A stretch of 18,818 nucleotides of DNA from Candidatus Calescibacterium sp. (GCA_032249135.1 JAVVGL010000033.1:1-18818), one strand, 5' to 3'; shown: positions 8,724 through 17,075, counted from the first letter of the stretch. Notes: generated by a model not told the origin, from the sequence alone. Numbers and translations are program-made.

Positions 8724-9155
8724 TTACAATTGACGAGGGGGTTGAAACTTATCTTTTATAGATAAAATTTCTCTGCTTATTTCTGAAACTAAACCTAAAC
8801 TTTCAGAATGCAAATTTTGGAAAAATTCTTTTTGATGTAAAGCACAAGGTGAAGAGAAGTTAAGACAGCAGGTTTTGTTGTAAGAACAACAATCAGAATG
8901 TGATGAAGAATGGGAAACAAAATAATCAAAAAAAAGTAGATTTTGTTTTTTATTTTTTTCATTTTTATTTTTTTCATTTTTATCTTTGCAACACTTGTGA
9001 GAGAGTTTATGTTCATTTTTATCTTTATAACTTACAAAGTTTTTTTCTTCCGATATTTTTTTTATATAGCATATAGGAGATTTTATATTATAAAGGTTAT
9101 TGAGCATGAAAGACAAAAGAATAAAAGATGAAGATAAGATTTTCAGCTTACTCAT
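8724..9155 (-). CDS. Small exported Cys/His-rich protein with a C-terminal QPP motif; candidate metal-responsive leader peptide
   Basis: 143 aa with an N-terminal hydrophobic segment, HKLSHKCC, HSSSHSDCCSYNKTCC and PCALH, ending KFQPPRQL. Lies immediately upstream of cusCBA. Confidence 0.65.
   Translation of the reverse strand: MSKLKILSSSFILLSFMLNNLYNIKSPICYIKKISEEKNFVSYKDKNEHKLSHKCCKDKNEKNKNEKNKKQNLLFFDYFVSHSSSHSDCCSYNKTCCLNFSSPCALHQKEFFQNLHSESLGLVSEISREILSIKDKFQPPRQL
8947..8983. repeat. 15-bp tandem repeat (tttttatttttttca, about 2.5 copies) encoding KNEKN repeats
   Basis: Units at 8947-8961 and 8962-8976, with a partial unit at 8977-8983. Confidence 0.75.
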
Positions 9156-9197
9156 TATTAATAAGTTAAACTCAAACTAAAAAATTTTCTTGTTTTC

Positions 9198-9752
9198 TTA
9201 AAAGTTTCCAGGTTTCCGTGAGATTTTAGAGATCAAAACTACATAACTCATAACCGAAAGAAAACAAAATAATGATACAGGTATTGTGAGAAATTCGTGA
9301 AATGTCCTTATCCCAAAAGCTTTTTCTGCTATGAAAAGAATAATAAATGTGAATTGAAGAACAACGGCAGCTTTACCAAACTTTGTCGGAGAAAAATTAA
9401 GCTCTGCTCCCTTCAATTTCCCAACTAAAATAACCAGCGGAATAATTATATCTTTGCCAAGAACAATAATTCCAAACCATTCCGGAATCATATTCTTTAT
9501 AAAAAGAACAAAAAATAAAGATATAAGAACTATTTTGTCAACAGTTGGATCAAATTTCCTACCAAAATCTGATGTCATTTTCAGTTTTCTTGCAACCGTG
9601 CCGTCAGCAAAATCAGAAATTATTGCCACACTTCCTATCACAGCAGATAATTTCCATTTCTCCTCCAAAACAAAATAAATGAGCGGAAATGTTAAAACGA
9701 GCCTCAAAAAAGTTATTATATTCGGAAGCAAAAATATCTCTTCTCTTTTCAT
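9198..9752 (-). CDS. CDP-alcohol phosphatidyltransferase (PgsA-like family)
   Basis: 184 aa and hydrophobic. Starts LPNIITFLR and has the family motif DFADGTVARKLKMTSDFGRKFDPTVDK. Confidence 0.93.
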   Translation of the reverse strand: MKREEIFLLPNIITFLRLVLTFPLIYFVLEEKWKLSAVIGSVAIISDFADGTVARKLKMTSDFGRKFDPTVDKIVLISLFFVLFIKNMIPEWFGIIVLGKDIIIPLVILVGKLKGAELNFSPTKFGKAAVVLQFTFIILFIAEKAFGIRTFHEFLTIPVSLFCFLSVMSYVVLISKISRKPGNF

Positions 9753-9827
9753 TTATTAGAAGATTTTTCTCTTTTGAAAGTAAAAATTTGATTTATCAGG
9801 AGAATTTTCAGATTTTTATTAGGTAAA

Positions 9828-11552
9828 TTAGCTTTTCCACCTTTGTGGAACCCCGAGATTCCTCTTTATTCTTCCAAGATTTTTGATATACCACATTACT
9901 GCTTTTCCTTTCCACCAGTCTTTTTCTCTTATTCCTAAATCTTCTGCTACTTCGCAAGCCGAAAGATAACCTGACGCTAACCAAGTCGCTCCAAAAGGAT
10001 GAACAGAATTTGAAAGGTAAAGATTTTTTATAAATGTCCTCGTTGCTCCTTTTACTATAACTCCAGGTAAAGGTCTATTTTTGAAAAATTGTTCAGGAAT
10101 TACCGAACCTCCACACCAGTTCCCTCTTATTGCGCTTCTGTTATTCCTCCACACATCTAATGGTGAATATGGAAAAATTTCAATTATATTTTTCTTAAAA
10201 CCGGGAGCGTACATTTCAAATAAATCTGTAAGCTTTTCTGCAAGTTCCCACTTTATCTTATCCCACACAGAAAAATCATATTCAAGTCTTCTTTTACCCC
10301 ATCTTATAGGTATTGGTGGAACATCAAGCCAAAGAAACGCCGTATGGCATCCATCTGGTGCTTGAGATGGATCTGCCAAAGTTGGAACAAACCAGTTAGC
10401 CATAAGATTCTCAGGTATCACTCCTGAAATGAGTTCAACAGCAAACTTTTTCATCTCTTCTTGCGTTTCACCACCGATATACCCCATAAAACATCTTTGA
10501 ATCCCAGGGTCAAATTCCGCTGATAACCATATAGGTGCATCTTTCAAAGCGTAATGAACTCCAAATATCACTTGCTCATCATAGCAGAAATTTTTTATTC
10601 TCGTCCTCATCTCTGATGGAATTACATCTTCATCTATAAGTTCAAAAGTTGGAACAAGCGATAAATCACTTATTATCTTTTTTGCTGTTATCTCTTCTCC
10701 TGGGAATAGGGCATCTTCACTCAATTTTACTCCATACGCTCCATCTTTTGATACAAGTATTTTTGAAACAGGGCAATTCTGAATTATTTTTACTCCATAA
10801 GCTTTACAACACCTTATAAGTGCGTGGGTCAAAGAATGCGAACCACCTTTTAGCTGATGCACAGGAAAAATAGGACCAGTCAGAGCAGCTACTCCAATGC
10901 AACCTGATGATCCAATTCTTCTGTGTATAGGGGGGAAAGCTCCAATCCACGACAGGGACGCGATTGTAGTTTTTATATAATCTGACTCAAAAAATATATC
11001 AAGGGCTTGAAACCCGTTCATATTTACGAGTTCATCCGGAGAAATTTTCAAACCAAGTCTCTGATTTATTTCTCTAAGAAATTCAAGGTTCTCTCTTACT
11101 TTTTCAAAAGACGGGGGAGTAAATAAGAAAGTATGGACCCATTCTATAACATCGTTGAATCTTTCTATCAAAACCTCAACCGCCTTTATTATAAATTCGG
11201 CATCTTTTGGTGAGAGCTTCATCCAGTTGTTTATTGTATCTTGCGGATTCACTCCCATAAGGCAACATTTACCATCTCTGAACACCTTACCATAAGCATA
11301 GTCAGTCATAACTATTTCAAGTCCGAACTTTTCAAGTTCAAGGTCTTCCATCGCCGGAGATAAAGCAGTGATCATCCATGTTGCGTGTAAATTATGCAAA
11401 AACCCTGCTTGGAGTTCTTCTGTGTCGCAATGAGCTCCGCATTCTCCTCTCGCTTCAACGACAAGAACTTTTGCCCCTGCTTTCCCCAAATAAGCAGCCG
11501 CTGTAAGCCCGTTTATTCCTCCACCTATAACTATTACATCAAAGTCAGGCAT
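9828..11552 (-). CDS. Phytoene dehydrogenase-like NAD(P)/FAD-dependent oxidoreductase (divergent paralog)
   Basis: 574 aa with DVIVIGGGINGLTAAAYL (dinucleotide-binding), KGGSHSLTHAL, DPSQAPDGCHT and TFIKNLYL. Confidence 0.88.
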   Translation of the reverse strand: MPDFDVIVIGGGINGLTAAAYLGKAGAKVLVVEARGECGAHCDTEELQAGFLHNLHATWMITALSPAMEDLELEKFGLEIVMTDYAYGKVFRDGKCCLMGVNPQDTINNWMKLSPKDAEFIIKAVEVLIERFNDVIEWVHTFLFTPPSFEKVRENLEFLREINQRLGLKISPDELVNMNGFQALDIFFESDYIKTTIASLSWIGAFPPIHRRIGSSGCIGVAALTGPIFPVHQLKGGSHSLTHALIRCCKAYGVKIIQNCPVSKILVSKDGAYGVKLSEDALFPGEEITAKKIISDLSLVPTFELIDEDVIPSEMRTRIKNFCYDEQVIFGVHYALKDAPIWLSAEFDPGIQRCFMGYIGGETQEEMKKFAVELISGVIPENLMANWFVPTLADPSQAPDGCHTAFLWLDVPPIPIRWGKRRLEYDFSVWDKIKWELAEKLTDLFEMYAPGFKKNIIEIFPYSPLDVWRNNRSAIRGNWCGGSVIPEQFFKNRPLPGVIVKGATRTFIKNLYLSNSVHPFGATWLASGYLSACEVAEDLGIREKDWWKGKAVMWYIKNLGRIKRNLGVPQRWKS

Positions 11553-11568
11553 TTCATTTCACCTCCTT

Positions 11569-13224
11569 TCATTTTTCAAGGTATGTTTTTTTGTGTTTCA
11601 CAAGAAAATCAGGTTCTTTCCACCATTTTTTCAATCCAATATCTTCTGCGATTACATTTGCCGCTATATAACCCGGACCCCCTATTATGAGCCCTCCGGG
11701 ATACGTACTTGCTCCACAAAGATAAAGATTCTTGATTGGAGTCCTTGAACTTGAACATGACTCTGATGGTCTGAAATATCCCATCTGTGTCGGAGTGTAG
11801 TCACCATGCTTTATCGAACCTCTTACCATAGAAGCGATTCGCATTTCAATATCACGGGGAGTTTCACTTACAAAATCTTCCGGTGTTGTATCTTGGAAAT
11901 CTTTGAGGAGTTTCAAAACTTGATTTTCTATTTCAGATTTATTTCTTTCCCAGTCAAAGTCGTATGGGGCACACATTTGGAAAAATGAGATAAATTTTCC
12001 GTTTCTTGAAAGTGTATCGTCAAATAAGCTCTGGCATGTCGCGTGTCCAGCAATTTTCGTTATTTTGTTTTCCCTCAAACCACGGAAGAAGTCAAGAACA
12101 TCATCAGGTCCATCAAATCCCAAAATTGTCATAAAAGACCTATCAACCCATCTATCATCTGTTTTGAATTCGGGAAGTTTTGATGATGTAAAATGAAGTG
12201 TAAAAAATGACCATTTATCCCATTTCCACTCTTTCAAAGGTGCAATTTCTTCTCTTATATCTTTTGGAATATTTTCTTCTTTTATAAGTTTGAAGAAAGT
12301 CAGAGGCGGTGGTAGCGATGATACAACTATTTTTGAGAAAATTTTTCTTCCATCTTTGAGTTTTACTCCTTTTGCTTCTTTACCTTCAATAATTATTTCC
12401 TCAACTTCTGCGTTATCAAGGATTAACCCTCCATTTTTTACTATTTCCCTTCCCAAAGCACTTGCGAATCTATGAGACCCACCATAGCAGTAGTATTTTT
12501 GCATACCACATCGCCATATAAGTAAAGGAACCATAAACCCCATTCCAGATTCCTCCGGATCAACCCCCCACATTCCAACAAGATAAAGTAAAAAAGCTTT
12601 GAGCTTTTCACTCTTGAAGTTCTCATCTATTATCTCAACGGGAGATTTTTCTGCTATCTCTAAAAACTCTTTCCCGATTTCTGTTTTTGAAATCTTCTCA
12701 TAAAACTCAACAGGGGGTAGAGGAGGATAGTAGGTTGCGGGAGCGAGAATTTCATCAACAAACCTTATAAATTTCCTTATAACCTTTTCAAACCTTTCGG
12801 CTTCGTCTATCGATAATTTTCCAACTGAATCTTTGGAATCTTGAAGCATTTTCCCAAATAAAACAGAACTTTTATCTCCAAAAATAATTGCTGATTGAAC
12901 GAATGGCTTTACCCAGTATAATCCATGCTCCTCTAAATCAAAATCCCTCAATGGAGGTATATAATCTACCATCATGTGATATATGGCGTGAGTATTTGAT
13001 GAGTTTCCCGGAAACAGAATCTCTTCTGTGGCAAGTCCCCCTCCTATTTCATACCTTCTTTCGCAAACGACAACTTTCAAACCTGCTCTTGCAAGATAAG
13101 CAGAGGTAATGAGTCCATTAGGACCTCCACCTATTACTACGCAATCTGCCTCATATTCTTCTGGAAAATCTTTCAGAACATCATCTTTTTCAGATGGACT
13201 ATAACCTATCCAAACTCTACTCAT
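11569..13224 (-). CDS. Phytoene dehydrogenase-like NAD(P)/FAD-dependent oxidoreductase
   Basis: 551 aa with VVIGGGPNGL..ERRYEIGGG, GGSHRFASAL and RTPIKNLYLCGASTYPGG. Confidence 0.9.
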   Translation of the reverse strand: MSRVWIGYSPSEKDDVLKDFPEEYEADCVVIGGGPNGLITSAYLARAGLKVVVCERRYEIGGGLATEEILFPGNSSNTHAIYHMMVDYIPPLRDFDLEEHGLYWVKPFVQSAIIFGDKSSVLFGKMLQDSKDSVGKLSIDEAERFEKVIRKFIRFVDEILAPATYYPPLPPVEFYEKISKTEIGKEFLEIAEKSPVEIIDENFKSEKLKAFLLYLVGMWGVDPEESGMGFMVPLLIWRCGMQKYYCYGGSHRFASALGREIVKNGGLILDNAEVEEIIIEGKEAKGVKLKDGRKIFSKIVVSSLPPPLTFFKLIKEENIPKDIREEIAPLKEWKWDKWSFFTLHFTSSKLPEFKTDDRWVDRSFMTILGFDGPDDVLDFFRGLRENKITKIAGHATCQSLFDDTLSRNGKFISFFQMCAPYDFDWERNKSEIENQVLKLLKDFQDTTPEDFVSETPRDIEMRIASMVRGSIKHGDYTPTQMGYFRPSESCSSSRTPIKNLYLCGASTYPGGLIIGGPGYIAANVIAEDIGLKKWWKEPDFLVKHKKTYLEK

Positions 13225-13235
13225 CTTTTTCTTTT

Positions 13236-13673
13236 TTATCCTCCTTTTTCATCTGGAAAGTATGATGGAACTTTTTGTAGAACATCTATGAATTTTCTTA
13301 TAAAAGCCATATACTGCATAAGTATTCCCATGTTCCCATCAACTTTTATTGCTCCTTGAAGGAATGCCTGAATTGGGTCCAACTCTCCTTTTACTATTCC
13401 TTTCCATACAGAGTATTTTGCTCTTATTGTGAATGCAGGATTATATTGTTTTTCATCTTCAATGATTTTTGCCTCTTTCACAACTCCTCTATCTATTGAA
13501 AAGAAAGCTTTCCATGTCTCGTTGAGTTTCTCATCTGGTTCCATTACGGTTATGATTCCACCATATGTCCAGCTTTTCCCTATTTCTACGAGCTCTGGAA
13601 TTGATGTGGCTATTTTTACAAGTTCATCTACCCACTCTTGCGAGGGAAACCTATATAATTTTTTCTCCTCCAT
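13236..13673 (-). CDS. SCP2 sterol/lipid-binding domain protein
   Basis: 145 aa with FPSQEW at the N-terminus and YSVWKGIVKGELDPIQAFLQGAIKVDGNM, a typical SCP2 signature. SD AGGAGGTG upstream. Confidence 0.9.
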   Translation of the reverse strand: MEEKKLYRFPSQEWVDELVKIATSIPELVEIGKSWTYGGIITVMEPDEKLNETWKAFFSIDRGVVKEAKIIEDEKQYNPAFTIRAKYSVWKGIVKGELDPIQAFLQGAIKVDGNMGILMQYMAFIRKFIDVLQKVPSYFPDEKGG

Positions 13674-13715
13674 TTTCTTTTTCCACCTCCTTTCTTTTTG
13701 TTTTTAAGCAATCAT

Positions 13716-15449
13716 TTAAAATCTTTTTTCTCCATCGGGTATGTGGTAGGGTGATGGTATGAACCAATCGGGTTTTTCTATTGCACCATCGTCTATGAGT
13801 ATGTGCATAAGATTGTAGGGAACTGCGAGAAGACAAAGCCCGCCCGGATATGATGTTTGATGGCAAAGATAAAGTTTGTGAATTGGAGTTCTGTATCTTG
13901 CAAGTTCAGGAATAGGTCTGAAACTCCACCACTGATCCTCGCATTCCCTTATCGCATACCAATTTCCACCTATGAATCCTGTATTTCTGAATTCACTATC
14001 TTGTGGAGTATTTATAAACTTTGCAACTATATTTTTTTCAGTCATGTTCGGAGCAAATTTTCTCAAAAGCTCAATCATTCTTTCTGCTATCTCCCACTTT
14101 GCTTTATTTACTGCATCAGGACCATCTCTGTGATACTCAGGAGGAGGAACCTGAATGTATATTGGAGATAGAACATGATATCCCGGGGGACATCTTGTTT
14201 CATCATAAATATCGTGGCAACAAACCATAATGTGCAGGCTTTCCTCTCTTTGTGGATGAGTTCTGAAAGAGAATATATCTTGAGCTTGGTTCAGAATAAA
14301 GCTGCGTGAGTCTCCCGGCAAGCAAACAACCGTTGGATAATTTCCATCTTTGAAAAACAGCTCTTCTGCGTCCCCTTTATATTTTGGAAGATCTTTGACT
14401 ATGAGGTGAAGAACGAATAAGCTTCCACCGTGTAAATTTATATCTTTTATCTTTTCAAGCAGGGGTTTTGGTATATATTTCCCTTTGAGAAGTTTGAGGA
14501 AAGTTTGTTTAACATCTATTGCAGATATCACAAGCCTTTCAGCACGTATTACTTTGCCGGGATAAAAAGATTCATCCGCCAAAACAACTCCTTTTGCTTC
14601 GCCATTTTCAACCAATATTTCTCCTACTTTTGCGTTATTGTATATTTTCACTCCATAATGTAAGCAACATCTTATGAGTGCATGCATGTAAGAATGCATA
14701 CCACCTTGCGGAGAAGATGAGGAGTAAGCCATAAGGAGTCCGGTTGCTATTCCGAAGATTCCCATACCTCGCCATGCGGGAAAAGGTCCGTTGTACCATG
14801 CTCCCTGACCCGCAACGACTTTCAGAGGTTCAAACTCATATTGTGTGTCAAGAAGCTCGTAAGTTGAAAGTTCCATAACAACTTCTGGCGGAAAAAGAGC
14901 TAAAAGCCCGGGAGCTTTTTCCTTCATGAACTTAAACCAGGGAAGGTCATAAGGGTCTGACCACATTTCGGGAGTATAAGGTGGTGTCCAAAATATTGAT
15001 CGCAGGAAATCCTTTGTGTATGGTTCAAAAGTTTCATACATGATTTTGGTGAATTCCGCATCTTTTTTTGAGTATTTCGCAACGGATTCTATCGTATTTT
15101 TTATGTTGAACCTACCTGATATTATAGCCTTCCCGTCTGATGTTACTGTTCCTGCGAGAGTTTTGAAATATTTCAGTCTGAAACCAAATTTCCAGAGTTC
15201 AAGAATTTCTATTGTTGGTGAAGCTCCTGCGTAAAAGTAAGTCGCGTGTGGATCTATTCTGAAACCTGGGATGGGTTCTACATTTTCTGCTCCGCCTCCG
15301 CATTGGAGCCTTTCCTCCAAAACACATACTTTAAGACCAGCTTTTCCCAAAAGGGCAGCTATTCCGAGTCCATTCGGACCACCTCCTATTACAACCACAT
15401 CGTATCTTTCCGATGGATAAGCTTTTTTTATTTCTTTTTCTGTTCTCAT
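13716..15449 (-). CDS. Phytoene dehydrogenase-like NAD(P)/FAD-dependent oxidoreductase
   Basis: 577 aa with YDVVVIGGGPNGL..EERLQCGGG, GGMHSYMHAL, DETRCPPGYH and YRTPIHKLYLC..SYPGG. Confidence 0.9.
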   Translation of the reverse strand: MRTEKEIKKAYPSERYDVVVIGGGPNGLGIAALLGKAGLKVCVLEERLQCGGGAENVEPIPGFRIDPHATYFYAGASPTIEILELWKFGFRLKYFKTLAGTVTSDGKAIISGRFNIKNTIESVAKYSKKDAEFTKIMYETFEPYTKDFLRSIFWTPPYTPEMWSDPYDLPWFKFMKEKAPGLLALFPPEVVMELSTYELLDTQYEFEPLKVVAGQGAWYNGPFPAWRGMGIFGIATGLLMAYSSSSPQGGMHSYMHALIRCCLHYGVKIYNNAKVGEILVENGEAKGVVLADESFYPGKVIRAERLVISAIDVKQTFLKLLKGKYIPKPLLEKIKDINLHGGSLFVLHLIVKDLPKYKGDAEELFFKDGNYPTVVCLPGDSRSFILNQAQDIFSFRTHPQREESLHIMVCCHDIYDETRCPPGYHVLSPIYIQVPPPEYHRDGPDAVNKAKWEIAERMIELLRKFAPNMTEKNIVAKFINTPQDSEFRNTGFIGGNWYAIRECEDQWWSFRPIPELARYRTPIHKLYLCHQTSYPGGLCLLAVPYNLMHILIDDGAIEKPDWFIPSPYHIPDGEKRF

Positions 15450-15645
15450 AATTTCAATCCTTACAATAAAAATAATTTAATAACAAAATAATCTACCTAC
15501 CATAAGTTAGACAATTTTTATTTTAAAAATTTTTTTAGAGTTTTTATTTTTTTGATAAGATTCAAAGTAAATCTAATACGGAAATGGGGATTGTGTAATT
15601 GAATTTAAGAATTTTATCGCAAAAAATTGATAAAATTTTTTTGGT

Positions 15646-16446
15646 GTGAAACAGAAAAGAAAGAATCATCATTATCTTGATTACAGAATAATTTCGGAGC
15701 TCAAAGTAAAACAGGGAGATCTTTGGAGAGTTTTCAAAATAATGAGCGAATTTGTTATGGGATTTGATGAGCTATCAAGAGTTGCTCCCGGAGTGACTAT
15801 TTTTGGAAGTTCAAGAATATCACAAGATAACGAATACTACAAAAAAGCTTATGAATTAGGATATATGCTCGGAAAAGAAGGATATTCAGTAATAACGGGG
15901 GGAGGACCGGGAGTGATGGAGGCAGCAAATAAGGGAGCATATGAAGCGGGAGCAACTTCCGTTGGACTTACAATAGATCTCCCAGATGAAGAACCGTCTC
16001 GCCAATATCATACATTGTCTTTGGATTTTGATTTTTTCTTTGTGAGGAAAGTTATGCTTGTCAGATACTCAGTAGCTTTTGTCATATTCCCGGGAGGTTT
16101 CGGAACCTTTGATGAACTCTTTGAACTTCTAAATCTTATCCACACAAGAAAACTTTACCCCTATCCTGTTATTTTGTTTGATCAAAGTTTTTGGGAACCA
16201 ATTTTGAGTTTCTTGAAAAACAACCTCCTTGAAAGGGGCTTTATTCTTCCACGGGGACTCGAACCAATCCATGTTGTCAGCGAGCCAAAGGAAGCATTAG
16301 ACTTAATAAATAATTTTCTTGTAGAAAGATACACAAGTATATTAGACCATATGCATCCTGTTGAAAGAGTAAGAACTTTAAGGCTTGTCAAAAACATAAA
16401 AAAGAAAATGTCTGATTCAAACGTTGAACATAGAAATCAAACTTAA
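15646..16446 (+). CDS. LOG-family (TIGR00730-type Rossmann fold) nucleotide phosphoribohydrolase
   Basis: 266 aa with VTIFGSSR, TGGGPGVMEAANKGA, FFFVRKVMLV and PGGFGTFDELFE. GTG start. Confidence 0.92.
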   Translation: MKQKRKNHHYLDYRIISELKVKQGDLWRVFKIMSEFVMGFDELSRVAPGVTIFGSSRISQDNEYYKKAYELGYMLGKEGYSVITGGGPGVMEAANKGAYEAGATSVGLTIDLPDEEPSRQYHTLSLDFDFFFVRKVMLVRYSVAFVIFPGGFGTFDELFELLNLIHTRKLYPYPVILFDQSFWEPILSFLKNNLLERGFILPRGLEPIHVVSEPKEALDLINNFLVERYTSILDHMHPVERVRTLRLVKNIKKKMSDSNVEHRNQT

Positions 16447-16940
16447 TCCTTCTCGCTTTTATACATTATACAGAAGACTGTTGTTATCACAAAAATCGTC
16501 CCACCTATGAATAGATTTTTCCCAAGATATGTCTTGAAAAAATTAAGAATATCACTCAGAGAAATTTTTTTTAAAACGAAATCTTTATATTTTCCATCAA
16601 AAAAAATTCTCTCATATGTGAATGCAACGACTATTAAAAAAATTATTCCAACCAGTAATAATACACTAATTTTTTTCTTCGGACTATCTAATTTCTTCCC
16701 TAAAAGATATCCTAAAATGAAAGTGCCAGCATAAAAAGCTGAAATAAAAGGTAAAAGATATCTACCACCTATTTCTTCCGCATTTAAAAAGAACATAAAA
16801 GCCCAATCAGGATTTATATAAAAAGCCCAAGATGATACTACTATAAAAACAAAAGGAGGAAGTATCTTCCTCCACGATTTTTTTTCAGACAGAAAAATTC
16901 CTAAACCAAAAAGAATTATTGGATCATATATTACTGTGAT
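16443..16940 (-). CDS. Hypothetical multi-pass membrane protein; ORF track start 16796, probable true start near 16940 (ATC)
   Basis: The frame stays open 48 codons upstream of the ATG at 16796, with a hydrophobic extension (ITVIYDPIILFGLGIFL..PDWAFM). A perfect SD AGGAGGTG lies at 16952-16945. Its stop overlaps the LOG stop (TTAA, 16443-16446). Confidence 0.65.
   Translation of the reverse strand: MTVIYDPIILFGLGIFLSEKKSWRKILPPFVFIVVSSWAFYINPDWAFMFFLNAEEIGGRYLLPFISAFYAGTFILGYLLGKKLDSPKKKISVLLLVGIIFLIVVAFTYERIFFDGKYKDFVLKKISLSDILNFFKTYLGKNLFIGGTIFVITTVFCIMYKSEKD
16845..16873 (-). terminator. Terminator-like hairpin with U-tract
   Basis: Minus strand GGAGGAAG-ATA-CTTCCTCC (perfect 8-bp stem, 16873-16855) followed by TTTTGTTTTT. 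Confidence 0.35.
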
Positions 16941-17075
16941 TTTTCACCTCCTTCCCTTCAGAGAAACTTTAGTATCGTTGGCTTTTATTCACTCTTTTCC
17001 AAAATTTTTTTATTTTCAAATTTCAGATTTTTTCAATTTGATAAATCTTATCTGCAATTCATAATAATGTTATAA

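Noticed and set aside
8795-9131. Alternative ORFs 8795-9016 (-) and 8943-9131 (+)
   Set aside because: By-products of the low-complexity A/T repeat. The 143-aa frame has the coherent signal/Cys/PP architecture.
9828-15449. Calling the flavoproteins crtI/crtO in a carotenoid cluster
   Set aside because: No phytoene synthase, GGPP synthase or cyclase is in the window and the motifs are divergent, so only fold-level assignment is supportable.
15646-16446. Lysine decarboxylase or cytokinin-production call for the LOG gene
   Set aside because: Lysine decarboxylase is a known misannotation of this family, and substrate specificity cannot be read from the sequence.
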